Translations under genes and position numbers: made by a program | Shown: one piece after another, positions 12,271 through 24,440 of the stretch | Layout of the letters: each line of letters opens with the position of its first letter | Position numbering within the stretch: position 1 is the first letter of the stretch | The notes under the pieces: model-generated | Told to the model about the DNA's origin: nothing | What the model saw: the letters and a program-made list of their open reading frames with translations, nothing else | Database searches by the model: none | Source: Lama guanicoe | Taxonomy: Eukaryota | Direction of reading: 5' to 3' | Assembly: GCA_013239625.1 (NCBI GenBank) | Contig: MU053513.1 | Coordinates: 454,370 to 518,369 of the forward strand | Length of the DNA stretch: 64,000 bases

Positions 12271-14394
12271 CTTGAAAAATAACAATGTGCAGAATCAATG
12301 ATGGTACAGTTTTGGAAAATGAACTGTATTTTTAAAATGTCTCCATACAAACTATATATGAAGCACAACCAAGTATACAAAATCTGTTTTCCACAAGTAT
12401 TCAAAGAAAGAATGGACTCGAAATGCCAGCAGTGATATCCTCACACAAGCTGACTTAACAATGTCACACATTTCATGTAATAGTGGGTTTGAGGGTATTT
12501 CTTATCACCTTGGATGCAGAGCTGCTATTTCGCTCTAACAACAACATTTTGCAAAGCTAACAACCATTAGTAATAAAATCAAATACCCCAGAACAAAGTT
12601 ATTTCCAAGACTGAGAGTCAGTTTTGTCCAAGGAATACAATCTTACCCTATACATGAGAGAACTCTTGAAGTACATAATGGCAGAGACTACCTTTTATGA
12701 GAAAGTGGCATAATCATCAAAAGTGATCTGCCCCTTCCCTCCAAAATGAATTTGGCAGTGGTGATAATGGTGGGATTAGCAATATTAGATATGTTGCATA
12801 ATTTAAGTGATATTTTGGCAAAGTATGGCTTTGCCTACTTAGCCAATGAATAAACAAATGGTATCAATTCTCATTCACCTATACTTTGAAGAAAAGAATA
12901 GTAGGAAAAGGAATGGAAATTTTCTTCTTGACATTCTTACCAAGCTGTTTTTAGGAGAAATCCTAATCTAGCAATAATGGGGGACAACTTAGCAATAGCA
13001 GGTAAGGCATTAATTTGATGAAATGAAAGCAGTCAGTATAGTGATAATACTAAAAGAAAAGGATGATATAATAATGAGCTAATGGTAATCGAATGAACTC
13101 CTTAAGGCATAAAAGGTTTAGCTTCTGGTGCGCTAATCACTAATGGAAGCAGTGATAATTTCCCCCTAACAAGATGTGCCATAAATATCAACTGATAAGC
13201 CTCAAACTGCATTTTAACTTTAAGAGCTGGATTTTTCCCAGAGATCCTCGACCGCATAATGCTATGTATCTTTTACGATCAGTTATTGCACATGTGCCGT
13301 GGAAGATATTATAAGATTTGTAGCAAAAGCAGTTATGCTTTGGCGATAAGAATCCTGCTTTCAAAGGGAGCAGGCTGGCTGCAGCGTTCTTCAGATTATT
13401 CTTTTTTTAAAAAGTTGTAAATGTTTTTCTCTTGTGGACTAGACTGATACTGATTGTACAAATTTTATAACCACTACTTACGATATGCTCCAGATCTTAG
13501 AGATGTATTGCAAATGTCTCCACTCTCCATTGCTGGTTATTTTGATTAGCTAGAAATTGAGCGTGGTCTCTGAATGGCCTCCTCTTTCTGCGGGCATTTC
13601 TGTTATTGTGTAAGGCCAGGAGGCATTCCCCTGAGGGGGCTGCCATGTACAGCTTCCTTTTTTTTTAATCTTTTCCCTGACTGCATCATGGTCATGCAAA
13701 ATTGAGGGAAAGAACAGCCTTCTATTGTGGCATCAACACAAACTACTTTCAGTTTAAATGTACTCCTGGCTAGAAAAATGCAATAAACTACGGTACCTAT
13801 GGAAATACATCAAGCATGTTCTGAAGTTAAATTGAGGAACTTTTGCAGAGATACAAACAGAGAGCATTTGTGTGAGCGATTGGATATCTTCCTTTGAGAA
13901 TGAGAAGAGTATATAAAAATTTGCCAGACCAACTACCCAGAGTTGGGAAACATACTTAATTTCAGTAAATCTTTTAAAGCCTAGAGAAAAAGAGAATCAA
14001 TAAAAAATGCAAATCAATCAATAGATGAATCATGACCTGAGACAATATTTTGATAAGCAAAATGCTCTGCTCTCTGGCTTTTGTAGAAAATATCTGAAGC
14101 CCAAAATGTGATTTTAAAAGGAAACAATTAATTGTTGGTATTAATCATCTCAGGCATCAAAAACTATTTTTATATTCATAATATCAGAATGTCTTTTGTT
14201 TTTGATACAAATTGTTCATCATTTGATCATTATATCTATCATCCATTATCGTCAGTTCTTCTCATGATGTTAAGAACGTAAAGAAGTTAAAGTCTGATTT
14301 CTCTTTTCTTTATAAGAGTTGTAATAAATGATATGACTATTGCAGGAGAAATATTAAGGCAGTTCTGAACATAGGGAGAAAGGAGGGTGTTAAG

Positions 14395-14434
14395 AAGATA
14401 GATAGATAAATTGATAGATAGATAGATAGGTAGA
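14395..14434. repeat. (GATA)n tetranucleotide repeat
   Basis: agatagatagataaattgatagatagatagataggtag. Confidence 0.9.
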
Positions 14435-14605
14435 CCTATTGCTAGTAAAAAGTATCACAGTTGGCCAAAGCAAAGTTGTCACAATCAAGATCTACTTAAA
14501 AAAAAAAAACTAGAGAAAAAACTCTGAAAAGCATGAATTATATTAATAAAAAAGCAAAAGGAAGAAAAAGACTTCTACACCAAACAGGTATACTCCCATG
14601 ACGCA

Positions 14606-15023
14606 TGTGATGGTTAGTTTTATGTGTCAACCTGGCTAGGCTATAGCATTTAATGATTCAATCAAACACTATTCCAGAGGTTGCTGTGAAGATAATCTGG
14701 ATGTAGTTAGGATCTACAATCAATTGACTTTAAGTAAAGGAGGTTATCCTCAATAACATAAATGGGCTTCACTCAATCAGTTGAAGGCATTAAGAATAAA
14801 AACTGAGGTTTCCTGGAGAAAAAGAATTTCTGCTTGGAGACTGCAGCCTGAACTCCTGCCTGCCAGCCTGGGCCACAAGTTTTGGATTTGTCAGTTCCTA
14901 AGATCACATGAGCTAGTTCCATAAAATAATCTCTCTCTCTCTCTCCACATATATAACAATACACACACACACACACGTATTTTGTTTGTTTGTTTGTCTC
15001 TCTAGAGAACCTTGACTAATACA
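14606..15023 (+). mobile_element. ERVL solo LTR, MLT2C/D-like
   Basis: Complete tgtgatggttagttttatgtgtcaacctggctagg ... tctagagaaccttgactaataca with internal (CT)n/(CA)n typical of MLT2. Confidence 0.92.
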
Positions 15024-15689
15024 AAAGACAAAACCTTTCCTAAATATTTCTCCTACTGTTGTTGAAAAACTATTTCCCTGACAGCATCCTCTCATCATCT
15101 GGTGAAGAAGATTCTCTCACAGATTTCATTCTAAAGAGGAGTTTCTGCTAACATGTGACAACCAGATGTTTCTGAATGAAAATGTCCCATCTTTCACGGT
15201 TGCATTCTCAGTAATTTATTTCCTTTATTAGGTTTTTCACAAAGGGTCCAAAAACGGCTGTGTGACCACCTAAGACCCTTATTTATGATACATTTTCACA
15301 AAAACTATTGAGATTCAAAGATACGCTCTTGGACCTCCCAGGTTTCTGTTCAGAAATCCAGACAGGGGAGATTTTATCAATTGTCACTCTCCACCCTCTT
15401 GTGGAAAAGTCCCACTCAGCTCTCTGATAAGAACAGAAATAATTACTATTATTTCCCACTGTCCAGGAGGACTGAGCTGAACGTGCAAATGTAGTGTGAT
15501 CACAGATTGTTTTACAATTGGTATACTTAGCATATCATGCTATGTAAAATCTCCTATTGGTGAAAATGTTTATGTGTGACATATTTATATAAGGACACAC
15601 TAAAATGTGAACGGCTATTAAGGTATTATATCCTACGTCTCAAATGATATGCAAGTGCTCTGGCCCTCATATAGTACTGTTCCGATGTC

Positions 15690-15875
15690 AAGTTTAGCTG
15701 AGGACTTATGAAATTGTCATATAGAGGGTGGGACTTGAGCCAGACCCTAAAGGACAAGTAAGACTTAGCCACACAGAAGATTCAGGGGAACACGGCGTCC
15801 GGGACAAGTTATAAGCAATGGTTCAGAAACTGCTAAAAACCGTGGGATGTTGGGAAGTAGGGTAGAGTAAGAGAA
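15690..15875 (-). mobile_element. L2 fragment
   Basis: ggtgggacttgagccagaccctaaaggacaagtaagacttagcc is a reverse-L2 motif. Confidence 0.55.
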
Positions 15876-16683
15876 AGTTTCACATTTTGCCATTTTAAAT
15901 GTAAGAAAACAAAACACAACTTTGTGCTGCCACCTCTGGGTCCCTGAGTGATTACACAGCTGTCAATAAAGGTTTACTCAAAAAAAAAAAAAAAGAAGTT
16001 AGTATAAATTGCAATAAACAGTAACACTTTAAAATAATTGCCTAATCAATATTAATTCCTCTGGTATCTATTTAACAGCATTAATCACAGTGAACTCATT
16101 TAGTATTAATGTGACTGTCACAAGTAATTCAATTGGATTTCCACTGTAATTCAACATTAATTACCTTAGCTGGGCCGTTATTTTAAAGTGTTACCCGGTA
16201 AACATGAAAATAAAAGCAACAAAATAAGACATTAAGGAATTATAATGTAGTGCTATACATTTTATCTCTATATAATAAACCAATTTATCAGATAAACTAT
16301 TTGACTTGAAATATTTTCTTTAAAAGATTTATTAGTAAAATGTATACACTCACACATGCCCACAAGATTATGTCACATCCTATCCACATTTGTAAGAAAA
16401 AGAGTTCAGTCTTGAGAATCCCCATTTAAGTTTCAACAGTTTGTAAAACATGCTATTTTAAGTGTTGACCCCCTATCCGTAAGGGGAGATAACATTTGTA
16501 CTTCGCCACGCTATACGATTTGAAACAACTGTGTTTTATGGTACTCACGTTAGTTTGTCAAGGTTTTTTTCAGTTTTCTCACAATCAGGTTTTCAGCTCT
16601 CATGTGTTACTTGTACGCAGGCATTTCATTTATCTGTCTTCTCCCGTCTTTCAATTCAATCCTTCTAATATACTGAGAGCTAT

Positions 16684-16712
16684 GAAAAAAGAAGGAAGGA
16701 AGAAGAAAGAGA

Positions 16713-16786
<74 letters not shown>

Positions 16787-16863
16787 AGGAAAGAGAGGAA
16801 GGAAGAAGTAGGGAAGGAGGGAGAAAGGAAGGAAGGAAGGAATAGAGGAAGGAAGAAAAGAAA
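16684..16863. repeat. (GAAA)n/(GGAA)n polypurine microsatellite
   Basis: ~180 bp nearly pure purine tract with a perfect GAAA core. Confidence 0.97.
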
Positions 16864-17624
16864 GACAGGCTTATTACAAAGTGTGTGTAAAGTATGAATC
16901 AGGAGGTTCTAAGTGGCAGAAGACAGGCCTCCAAATATAATTAGCCTTCATATACTGATTATACATAGATTTTTTTCACCTTTGAAAATACTGAAAACCT
17001 TCGTCTGACTTTTACTTTTGGTTCTAGGATGTTAGGAGTTTCACATCCTGATTTCAAACTAAATTACTCTGAGATGTATCACAGAATGTAGATGCTATAC
17101 CTCATGCTTGATTTCCCATTTGCATTTCATTTAGAAGCACTTGAGAAAGGAAGCATGTTTTGTACAATTTTGCACACCCTGTAGCACCAAGAGCAGTGTT
17201 TTGCAAAACTAACGTTCACTGGGGAGTAAAAAAAAAAGAGCAAAAAAATGATTCTTTCCCTCATCATAGATGCTAAATAAACATGATAATTCTCAACTAA
17301 ATCATTCATTCATATATGTTCATATATGACATACTATATAATGTAACATACAACATGACCTTTTTTAGTAGTCCTTAGAAACAGCACCTTTAAAAAGTGT
17401 GTCAAGTGAAATCTTACAGGAGCCCCAATGTATAAACAAACATGCGTCAGACAGTTGATTAAAATGGGGGCCATGGGATCTGGGACGTCAGCCAGGCCTT
17501 CCCTTAATGATGAGGGTGTCCTATGGGGAACCACCAGGGAACCTCATGGCTTGAACAACCTTAACAGGTAGCAAGGATATGGGAATCAAATATGGATAAA
17601 AATGAAGCTCAATAATTTGTTAAC

Positions 17625-17755
17625 TATAGGTTATCAGGCATGCAGGTTAACTTTCCTGAGCCTCCATTTGTCTACCTGTAAAATGAGACCAAATGCATTT
17701 ATCATTAAGTGTTAGCGTGAGGAGCAGAAGTTAGATGTAAGCAGCAGTATTATTT
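17625..17755 (+). mobile_element. MIR SINE fragment
   Basis: gcaggttaactttcctgagcctccatttgtctacctgtaaaatgaga. Confidence 0.65.
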
Positions 17756-17761
17756 TTTCCA

Positions 17762-18102
17762 GAAAAAAAAAAGTTCATAGATGCAGAGAACAGACAGGTG
17801 GCGGCCAGACATGGGGAGTGAGGGGACAGGAGATGGGTGAAGGTGGTCAAAAGTTACAAACGTCCAATTATAAAATAAATAAATCGTAGGGATGTAAGTT
17901 ACTGCATGGTGACAACAGTCATGAATGCTCTACTGCATATTTGAAAGTTGCTTAGAGAGTAAATCTTAAAAGCTCTCATCACAAGAAAAAATATGCCACT
18001 CTGTGTGGTGTAGACTCATTGTGGTGATCACTTCACAATACACCATTATGCTCAACACCTGAAAATAATATCATGTTATAGGCCAATTATATGTTGATAA
18101 AA
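17762..18102 (+). mobile_element. L1 3' UTR fragment (L1MA9/10-like)
   Basis: agagaacagacaggtgg...gggtgaaggtggtcaaaagttacaaac...tttgaaagttgcttagagagtaaatcttaaaagctctcatcacaagaaaaa. Confidence 0.9.
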
Positions 18103-18806
18103 ATGTTCATTTAATGCCTGCTTTGTTCAAAACTTGATAGTTGTTGGGGATAAGGTGGTGAATGAAGCAGACCAAGGCTCTGCATGTTCGGAACTTGTGC
18201 TTTAGTGATGGAGACTGAAACTAGAAAGACAAACAGGACATCATTTCAGATGGTCATGAGTAACATGATTCAAATGCAGCCAGGAAAGAAAGGAGAGAGA
18301 TGTTTGTCTGTCTCGTTTTCAGGTAGGGTACTCAGGAAAGCATTTGGAATAAAGTGAGGGGGAAAGCGAGGTGGATATAAAGAGGGAGAGGGTTCTTGGC
18401 ACAACAAACGGTGATTATGAAGGTCCTGGGGTGGAGCATTTGTGATGTAGTGGAGGGACACGGGGAGGCCAGTGCTTGGTAGTGTGTCTGGGGAGGCCCA
18501 CGGCTGGCCAGCGGGAGGAACTGAGATCACAGCATTGTCAGGACTCAGATCATTTAACACTGCATTCGACACTGAGTTAGATGGGAGAATGGTGGGTGAT
18601 ATTTGAACACAACTGTAAGTTGATTCGCAGGCTGAAGGAAGCATTCTGAAAGGCTATATGGGAAGGAGCCTGAAGTGGGAGACAGTGTGCGTGAAGGAAA
18701 GAGTTGCAGGAGGCTTCCATCATAAGAGGTGATGGCTGGTGCCTTGGGCTGGGGAGCTGTTGACAGAACTGGAGAAAGGTGTAGGTGGAATTGGGAGGGA
18801 CAGATA
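18103..18806 (-). mobile_element. L2 LINE 3' portion (L2a-like)
   Basis: ggtggtgaatgaagcagaccaaggctctg...ggggaggccagtg...actgagttagatgggaga...ttgaacacaact. Confidence 0.8.
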
Positions 18807-18813
18807 CTTTGTT

Positions 18814-18851
18814 TTTACTACATCACGATATATATATCGTGATGTAGTAAA
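18814..18851. repeat. Perfect 38-bp palindrome
   Basis: tttactacatcacg-atatatatat-cgtgatgtagtaaa equals its own reverse complement. Confidence 0.97.
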
Positions 18852-19537
18852 CACACACACATACACACACTTTGAAGCAAGATTGTATTGTGTTCCTATT
18901 TGTATTGATGCAAAATTAAAGTTCTAGGAAAACGCTGCATCTCCGTGTTCTCCTCCGACGGTTCCAGATTCCGTCTGGCATCTCTCCTCAGGCGTGTGCT
19001 CTCCTGCTCCCATGATTTAACCTGCCTCAGCCTTCCGTGCTTCATTTGTAAGATGCTCGGCTTTGCTCTCTAGGTCGAGAGTGCGTCAAATGAGAGAGGT
19101 GGCAATGTTTTCAAACCTGTAAAAGTGTCCACAGCTGTCAGATACTATCAGTGTTTTATAACCCAGTCCTTTAGATTATGCTCTATGCTTACATCGACTT
19201 CCCTGCTGATTCTTGCGGTCCTTTGTTACCTACTACTGTGTCCGTCTGTACTTTTTTTTCAGTGTGCTGTTTCTTTTTCACTCTGTTGCTGGATGTGAAA
19301 GAGAATGTTATTCGAGTTCTCATGTACTTCTTCTCTCTCAGGAGACTGCGTTGTGGGGCAGGTTGTGGAGACATCTGTTGAGGGACCCCTTTCCAAATCC
19401 AGAATAACTACGACACCACAATCTGACATAGTGCACCGCAGATGGGCTAGTGTTACTGTCTTTCATGCATGGAAGTCTGTTGGAAAATACAGCTCTCCAT
19501 TGTATTTTATAGCTCGCCAGCAGCAGCTAGACTTTGT

Positions 19538-19571
19538 ATGTGTGTGTGTGTGTTTGCGCACGCGTGCGTGT
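19538..19571. repeat. (TG)n followed by a CG-rich alternating purine-pyrimidine tract
   Basis: atgtgtgtgtgtgtgtttgcgcacgcgtgcgtgt. Confidence 0.9.
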
Positions 19572-20132
19572 CTAGGGGTGGTGCTAGAGAACTAACTTTT
19601 ATAATTATCGTTTTTGTATTTCCTACAGCTTCTTTTAATTTATATCATCTTATCTTCTAACTGGTTTTAGCTCTTTGACCCCTGAATTCCATCAAGTTTC
19701 TCAGTATACTGTATATTGCATGTTAAGATAACTGCTATGATCCAGTCAGAAAACCATGACATTTTAAGTTTTTCTATAAGTGGTAAGAGATTTTTTTTGG
19801 TCTTCTGAACCGTTTGACCAGCCCCATTGATGGTTAATGAGGTATTTTTTGAAACACTAGCTAAGGTTGATTAATGTCAGTGCAAAATTACATTTTTCTT
19901 GTTTTGGTTTTGTTTTTAATTATAAACCACTTGAATAAGAGGTGATACATTCACATTTTAGAGTATGTTTCTTTTTGATAAATGTGCAAACTTCTCTCCG
20001 AACAATTTCGTTGTAATGACATTTCTATTTCTAGAACAATACCATTTGATAATCTTTCCATCCTTTGCATCTGGTTTTGCTTTCCTCATACAAAAGAGAC
20101 TATTCAAACTGTCAATGAGATATCTGCACCAT

Positions 20133-21440
20133 GTATTTATTTTTATTTTTAACAGCCTACTTGAGATATAATTTGTATACCATACATTTGAAGTGTTTAA
20201 TTCAGTGTTTTTAGTACAGTCACAGAGTTGTGCAACCACACACCACAATTGACTTAGAACAATTTAATCTCACTCCAGAAGGAAATCTTGTACCCTTTAG
20301 CAGTCCTTCCTCTCCTCCCCAGCACTAGGTGAATGTTAATTTACCTTTTTTTCTATAGACTTGCCTATTTTGGACATTCCTTCTAAAAGGAATCATACAG
20401 CATGTAGTCTTTTGTGATGGGTTTTATCACCTAACATTCAACTTTCAAGATTCATTCATGTTACAACATGTGTTGATACTTCATTTCTTTTCATTGCTAA
20501 ATAATATTCCATTGTGTGGATATAGCACACTGTTTATGTCCAATTATCATGATAGATATTTGGGTTTTTACCACTTTCTGGTTATTGTGAATGTTGGTGT
20601 TATGGCATTCATGTCCAGATTTTTGTGTGGACATCATGTTTTCATTCTCTTGTGCGTGTACCTAGGAGTGGAATTGCTGGGTTATACGGTAACTCCATGT
20701 TTAACCTTAGGAGAGACTTCTAGACAGTTTTGCAAAGTAGCTGCACCATTTTGCATTTCAACCAGCAGTGCATGAGAGCTAAAATTTTTCCATATCTTCG
20801 ACAAGACTTGTTGTTATCTGTCTTTTATTCTATCCATCTTAATGCATTTGAAGGGGCATTTTATTGTGGTTTTAATTTGCATGTCCCTGATGGTTAATAA
20901 CATCAGGCATCTTTTAATCTTTTTCTTGTTGACAATCTATATACCTGCTTTGGAGAAATGTCTAGTCAGATGCTTACCATTTTCAAACATTGTGATATTT
21001 GTCTCTTGTTGAGTTGCAATCCTTCTTTCTATATTTTACATACCTTGTCAGATATTTCATTTTCAAAAATTTTCTCCCATTCTGTGGATTGTCTTTTCAC
21101 TTTGTTGATGGTTTCTTTGGAACCACAAAATATTTTAATTTTGATGATGTCCAATTTATCTGTGTTCTTCTTGTGTTACTTGTGCTTTCAATGTCATATC
21201 TAAGGGTTCATTGCCTAATCCAAGGTCATGAAGAATTATACCTACATTTTCTTCTAAGAATTTTATAATTTTAGCTCTTACATTGAGGGTTTTTAAAATC
21301 TATTTTGCGTTCATTTTTGTATATAGTGTGAGGTAGGTATATAACTTAATTCTTTTGCAGGTAGTGATATAGTTGTCCCAGCACCATTTATTGGAAACAG
21401 TATTCTATCCCAATAGTTTTTTATCCTGGTGTAAAAATGA
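20133..21440 (-). mobile_element. L1MB-type LINE-1, 3' UTR plus degraded ORF2 3' end
   Basis: Starts with the T-rich reverse tail; ttgagatataattt...cacagagttgtgcaacc...aggaatcatacagcatg...tacctaggagtggaattgctggg...gttgtcccagcaccattta. Confidence 0.93.
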
Positions 21441-23369
21441 CTAGATTTGCAGCAATTTTTATCCCCATTTTATTCAACAAGCGTTAACTAATCACCTACT
21501 TTATTTATTCTGTATTGGGCTATATGCTAGGGTTCATTAGGGTTCCTCTTCTTGGGCAGTTATACCAAATTGGTTCCTATATGAATGATCAAGCACAAAT
21601 AAAATAACACTTTCAACATCGTACATGGTAAGTTTCTTCTCTCTTTTTCTTTTTCTTCCTCTTTCTCTCTCTCATGTATGTGTGTTTGTGTTGAAGCCAC
21701 TGTTATAGACAGTAGACAAAGAAATAGAAGACACTGACATATGTGTACATATGTATCATACTAATTCCATATCAATATCTTCAATTCCAACACCAAAAAT
21801 CCTCCACATTCATGCCATTTTCTTTTCTCTCCCTAATAACTTGAAAGATCGGCTTTATTCGAATGTGAATAACAAGGTACTTGGTGTTTATTAGCTCTTT
21901 TATTCTATCTTTTCTTTCTGTTCTAGTTTCTTAAGTACTTTCTTTTCTACTTCTTCTTAAGTTATATTTTACTATGAATGGACAGAGAGCATTTTCTATT
22001 TTTCACGGACTCCTAAAAAAAAAACTTAATGATCACAAAAGCTACTTAAATTGTCAGATGCAGTTATTTTTGTGAGTTTAGCAATACTGAAACTGACCTC
22101 TACAACATTTTATTGTACCCGGCTCCATATTTATCTTTGAGCTGATTAGGACAAGTGAGACACTTGAAACTATAAACACAAGGCTGAATTTGCAATTGGT
22201 ATTTTTTTTATTGTTTTTCACATCATCTGTCATCTTCAAGGTGGGCACTTGTGGGTCTATAGAAATTGTAGCAATAAAGGTAAGCAGGATGGATAAGGAC
22301 ACTTGTCCACACTGCTGTCTTCACTAATAGCCATGTCTTTAAATTCCCATCTTCCCGTCTCACAGATTGGGCTGATCGATGCCTGCACTTGTTATGGAAG
22401 CATCTTTGTGATTTCCTGGAAACTATGCAAGTCTTTGCCTAGATCAGCAGCTGTTGGTTGTTTGGCATATCTACCTCTAACAGCAGCTTTCCTGAATGCG
22501 CAAGCAATCCCCACTGGAGATCTAAAATGCTAAATCAATTTCTGTTTTAAAATCTAAACTAAAGTAACTGATGTATGATGTTGCTGTTAAGAATTTTTAA
22601 TTTTTGTAAAGCTCCTGGGAATTCTCCAAGAAAGCCACTCAGAATATAAGTGTAATTTATCGTCTGCCTTGCATTAAGCCTTAAAGAGAAGGATGTCCCC
22701 TTAATGATATATTTATTCTTCATTTCTGACCCAATGTGTACTTTGAAATAAAATTCGTCCATAGAACAGTTCCCGTTCAAACCAAAGGGAGACAGAAACC
22801 GTATGAACATTCCCAAAAATGCTGCTACCCTACCTGAGAAGTCAACTGGATTTTTCAAATATATGGAGCAAATAGAGAGTGGATTCTCAAAGTCAAAAAG
22901 AAATGCATTCTCTTTTTATATTTGTTCTTCTTTAGCTTTTCACAGAAGAACCACTCCTATAGAATGAGTTTTGAGTACAAATGCAACCTTCTTACATAAC
23001 TCTCACTCTTGAAACCATGCACGTGGAAGGAAACAGAGTAGGAACATTCCGCTAGACACGTGAAAAGGTGATTCTGGCATTTAAAGAAAAAAGATGTGCT
23101 GGAAAATCATCTAAGGAGTTTTCTTGAACTGACTTTAATGTGGTATTAAGGACACTTCTTCCATCTTCTGCAGCTACAAATGAAAATTAGGTTCTGTTTC
23201 CATTTAACTAGACATGAGAAGAGAGCAAAGTATGGATGTACGGATGTGTGCGTGGTAGGCACTCTGAGGCCCCGTGCTTGGTAATTGTGCAAATGAGCTT
23301 TGAGGGCAGTAAAACTTGTACCTTTTATGAATAGTGGTGCTATGAACATTCATGTCCAACTTTTTGTTG

Positions 23370-23575
23370 TCTAGCAACACTATTTATAGGCTATGTAACC
23401 TTAGAAAATTATTTTGACAGTTTATCCACATCTGCAAAAGAGGTACCATAATAATACACACTTCTTAGAGTCGCTTTGAATATGAAATGAAGCAATGGAT
23501 ATATAATACTAAGCGTAATGCCTAGCATAATTTTAAGTTCACAGTAAAATAACCTCTTTGATTATCGCTGTTACT
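23370..23575 (+). mobile_element. MIR SINE
   Basis: ctatgtaaccttag...cagtttatccacatctgcaaaagagg...ataatacacacttcttagag...aatgcctagcata. Confidence 0.7.
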
Positions 23576-24344
23576 GGTGGCTAAAAATGCTCCTAGCAAA
23601 CCATGGGCTTCTTGGTGACACGAAGGAGAATCAAATGTCGCAGCTTTGCACATTGATGAGCAGGAAACACCACGAACGTTTTCCTCCCATCCTGCATGAG
23701 TCTGTGTAAGTTCTCTAAGACCACTATGTGACTACATAAAAAAAGAAAATGTCTGTCATACTGAAGTACAGTTTGAAAAGTTCCAAAGAAAAAAGGTCAC
23801 ACAGTGTGCCCAACACAAATGAAATGTTTTCATTTTTAGTTAATTAGTTATACAGTAAACTGTTGTAACCTTCAAAAACCTTCAAATACAAAAGGCACGT
23901 TTGCACACTTTCGGAGTTTCAGAGAATGGATGATTGGCTTCCTTTAGCCAGATTTAAATTGCACCTAGCTTCTGCAAGTCAGGCGCGTGTAGTGGTTTAA
24001 TAATTAAATGCCATATTCTCATTCTCTTTTCCACCCATGCAGTTTTCCTCAGGCAGTGACTATAAATGTTGAAGAATTTGAGAGTCTAGACTTCAGTGGG
24101 TCTTCAATGTTGGTAAAAGAAATGTATGGCAGGCCCAAACTAATTTAAAGCATTTGCAATTCTTGTAATTACAAGTTGAGCAAGACACACAGTCTCTCTG
24201 GATTCCTCAAATGTCACAGAGATTTCTAAAGGACGCAGCCATGTTTTGTTTTTTTTTTCTCCCATTGTCTTAATAATTGGCAAAATTTTTTTTTTGGCAA
24301 AATTTTTTCTCATAGAGGACTAGACTTTCAAAACCAGAAAGAAT

Positions 24345-24440
24345 GTTCCCATTCTCTCCTTTTAGAGATGAAGAAATTGAAACTTTGAGAATTTAAAGAA
24401 ATCACTTTCATCGCACATACATTTGGTTCAAAGACCATCT
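24345..24440 (-). mobile_element. MIR fragment
   Basis: ccttttagagatgaagaaattgaaactttgagaatttaaag. Confidence 0.55.

Noticed and set aside
15922..15945. CTCF-like motif (AGGTGGCAG on minus)
   Set aside because: The 5' half of the motif matches poorly; not supportable without ChIP data.
16496..16897. 133-aa ORF with KERK repeats
   Set aside because: Translation of the (GAAA)n microsatellite, and it starts at TTG.
20458..21268. Several hydrophobic plus-strand ORFs
   Set aside because: Antisense frames of a decayed L1MB element.
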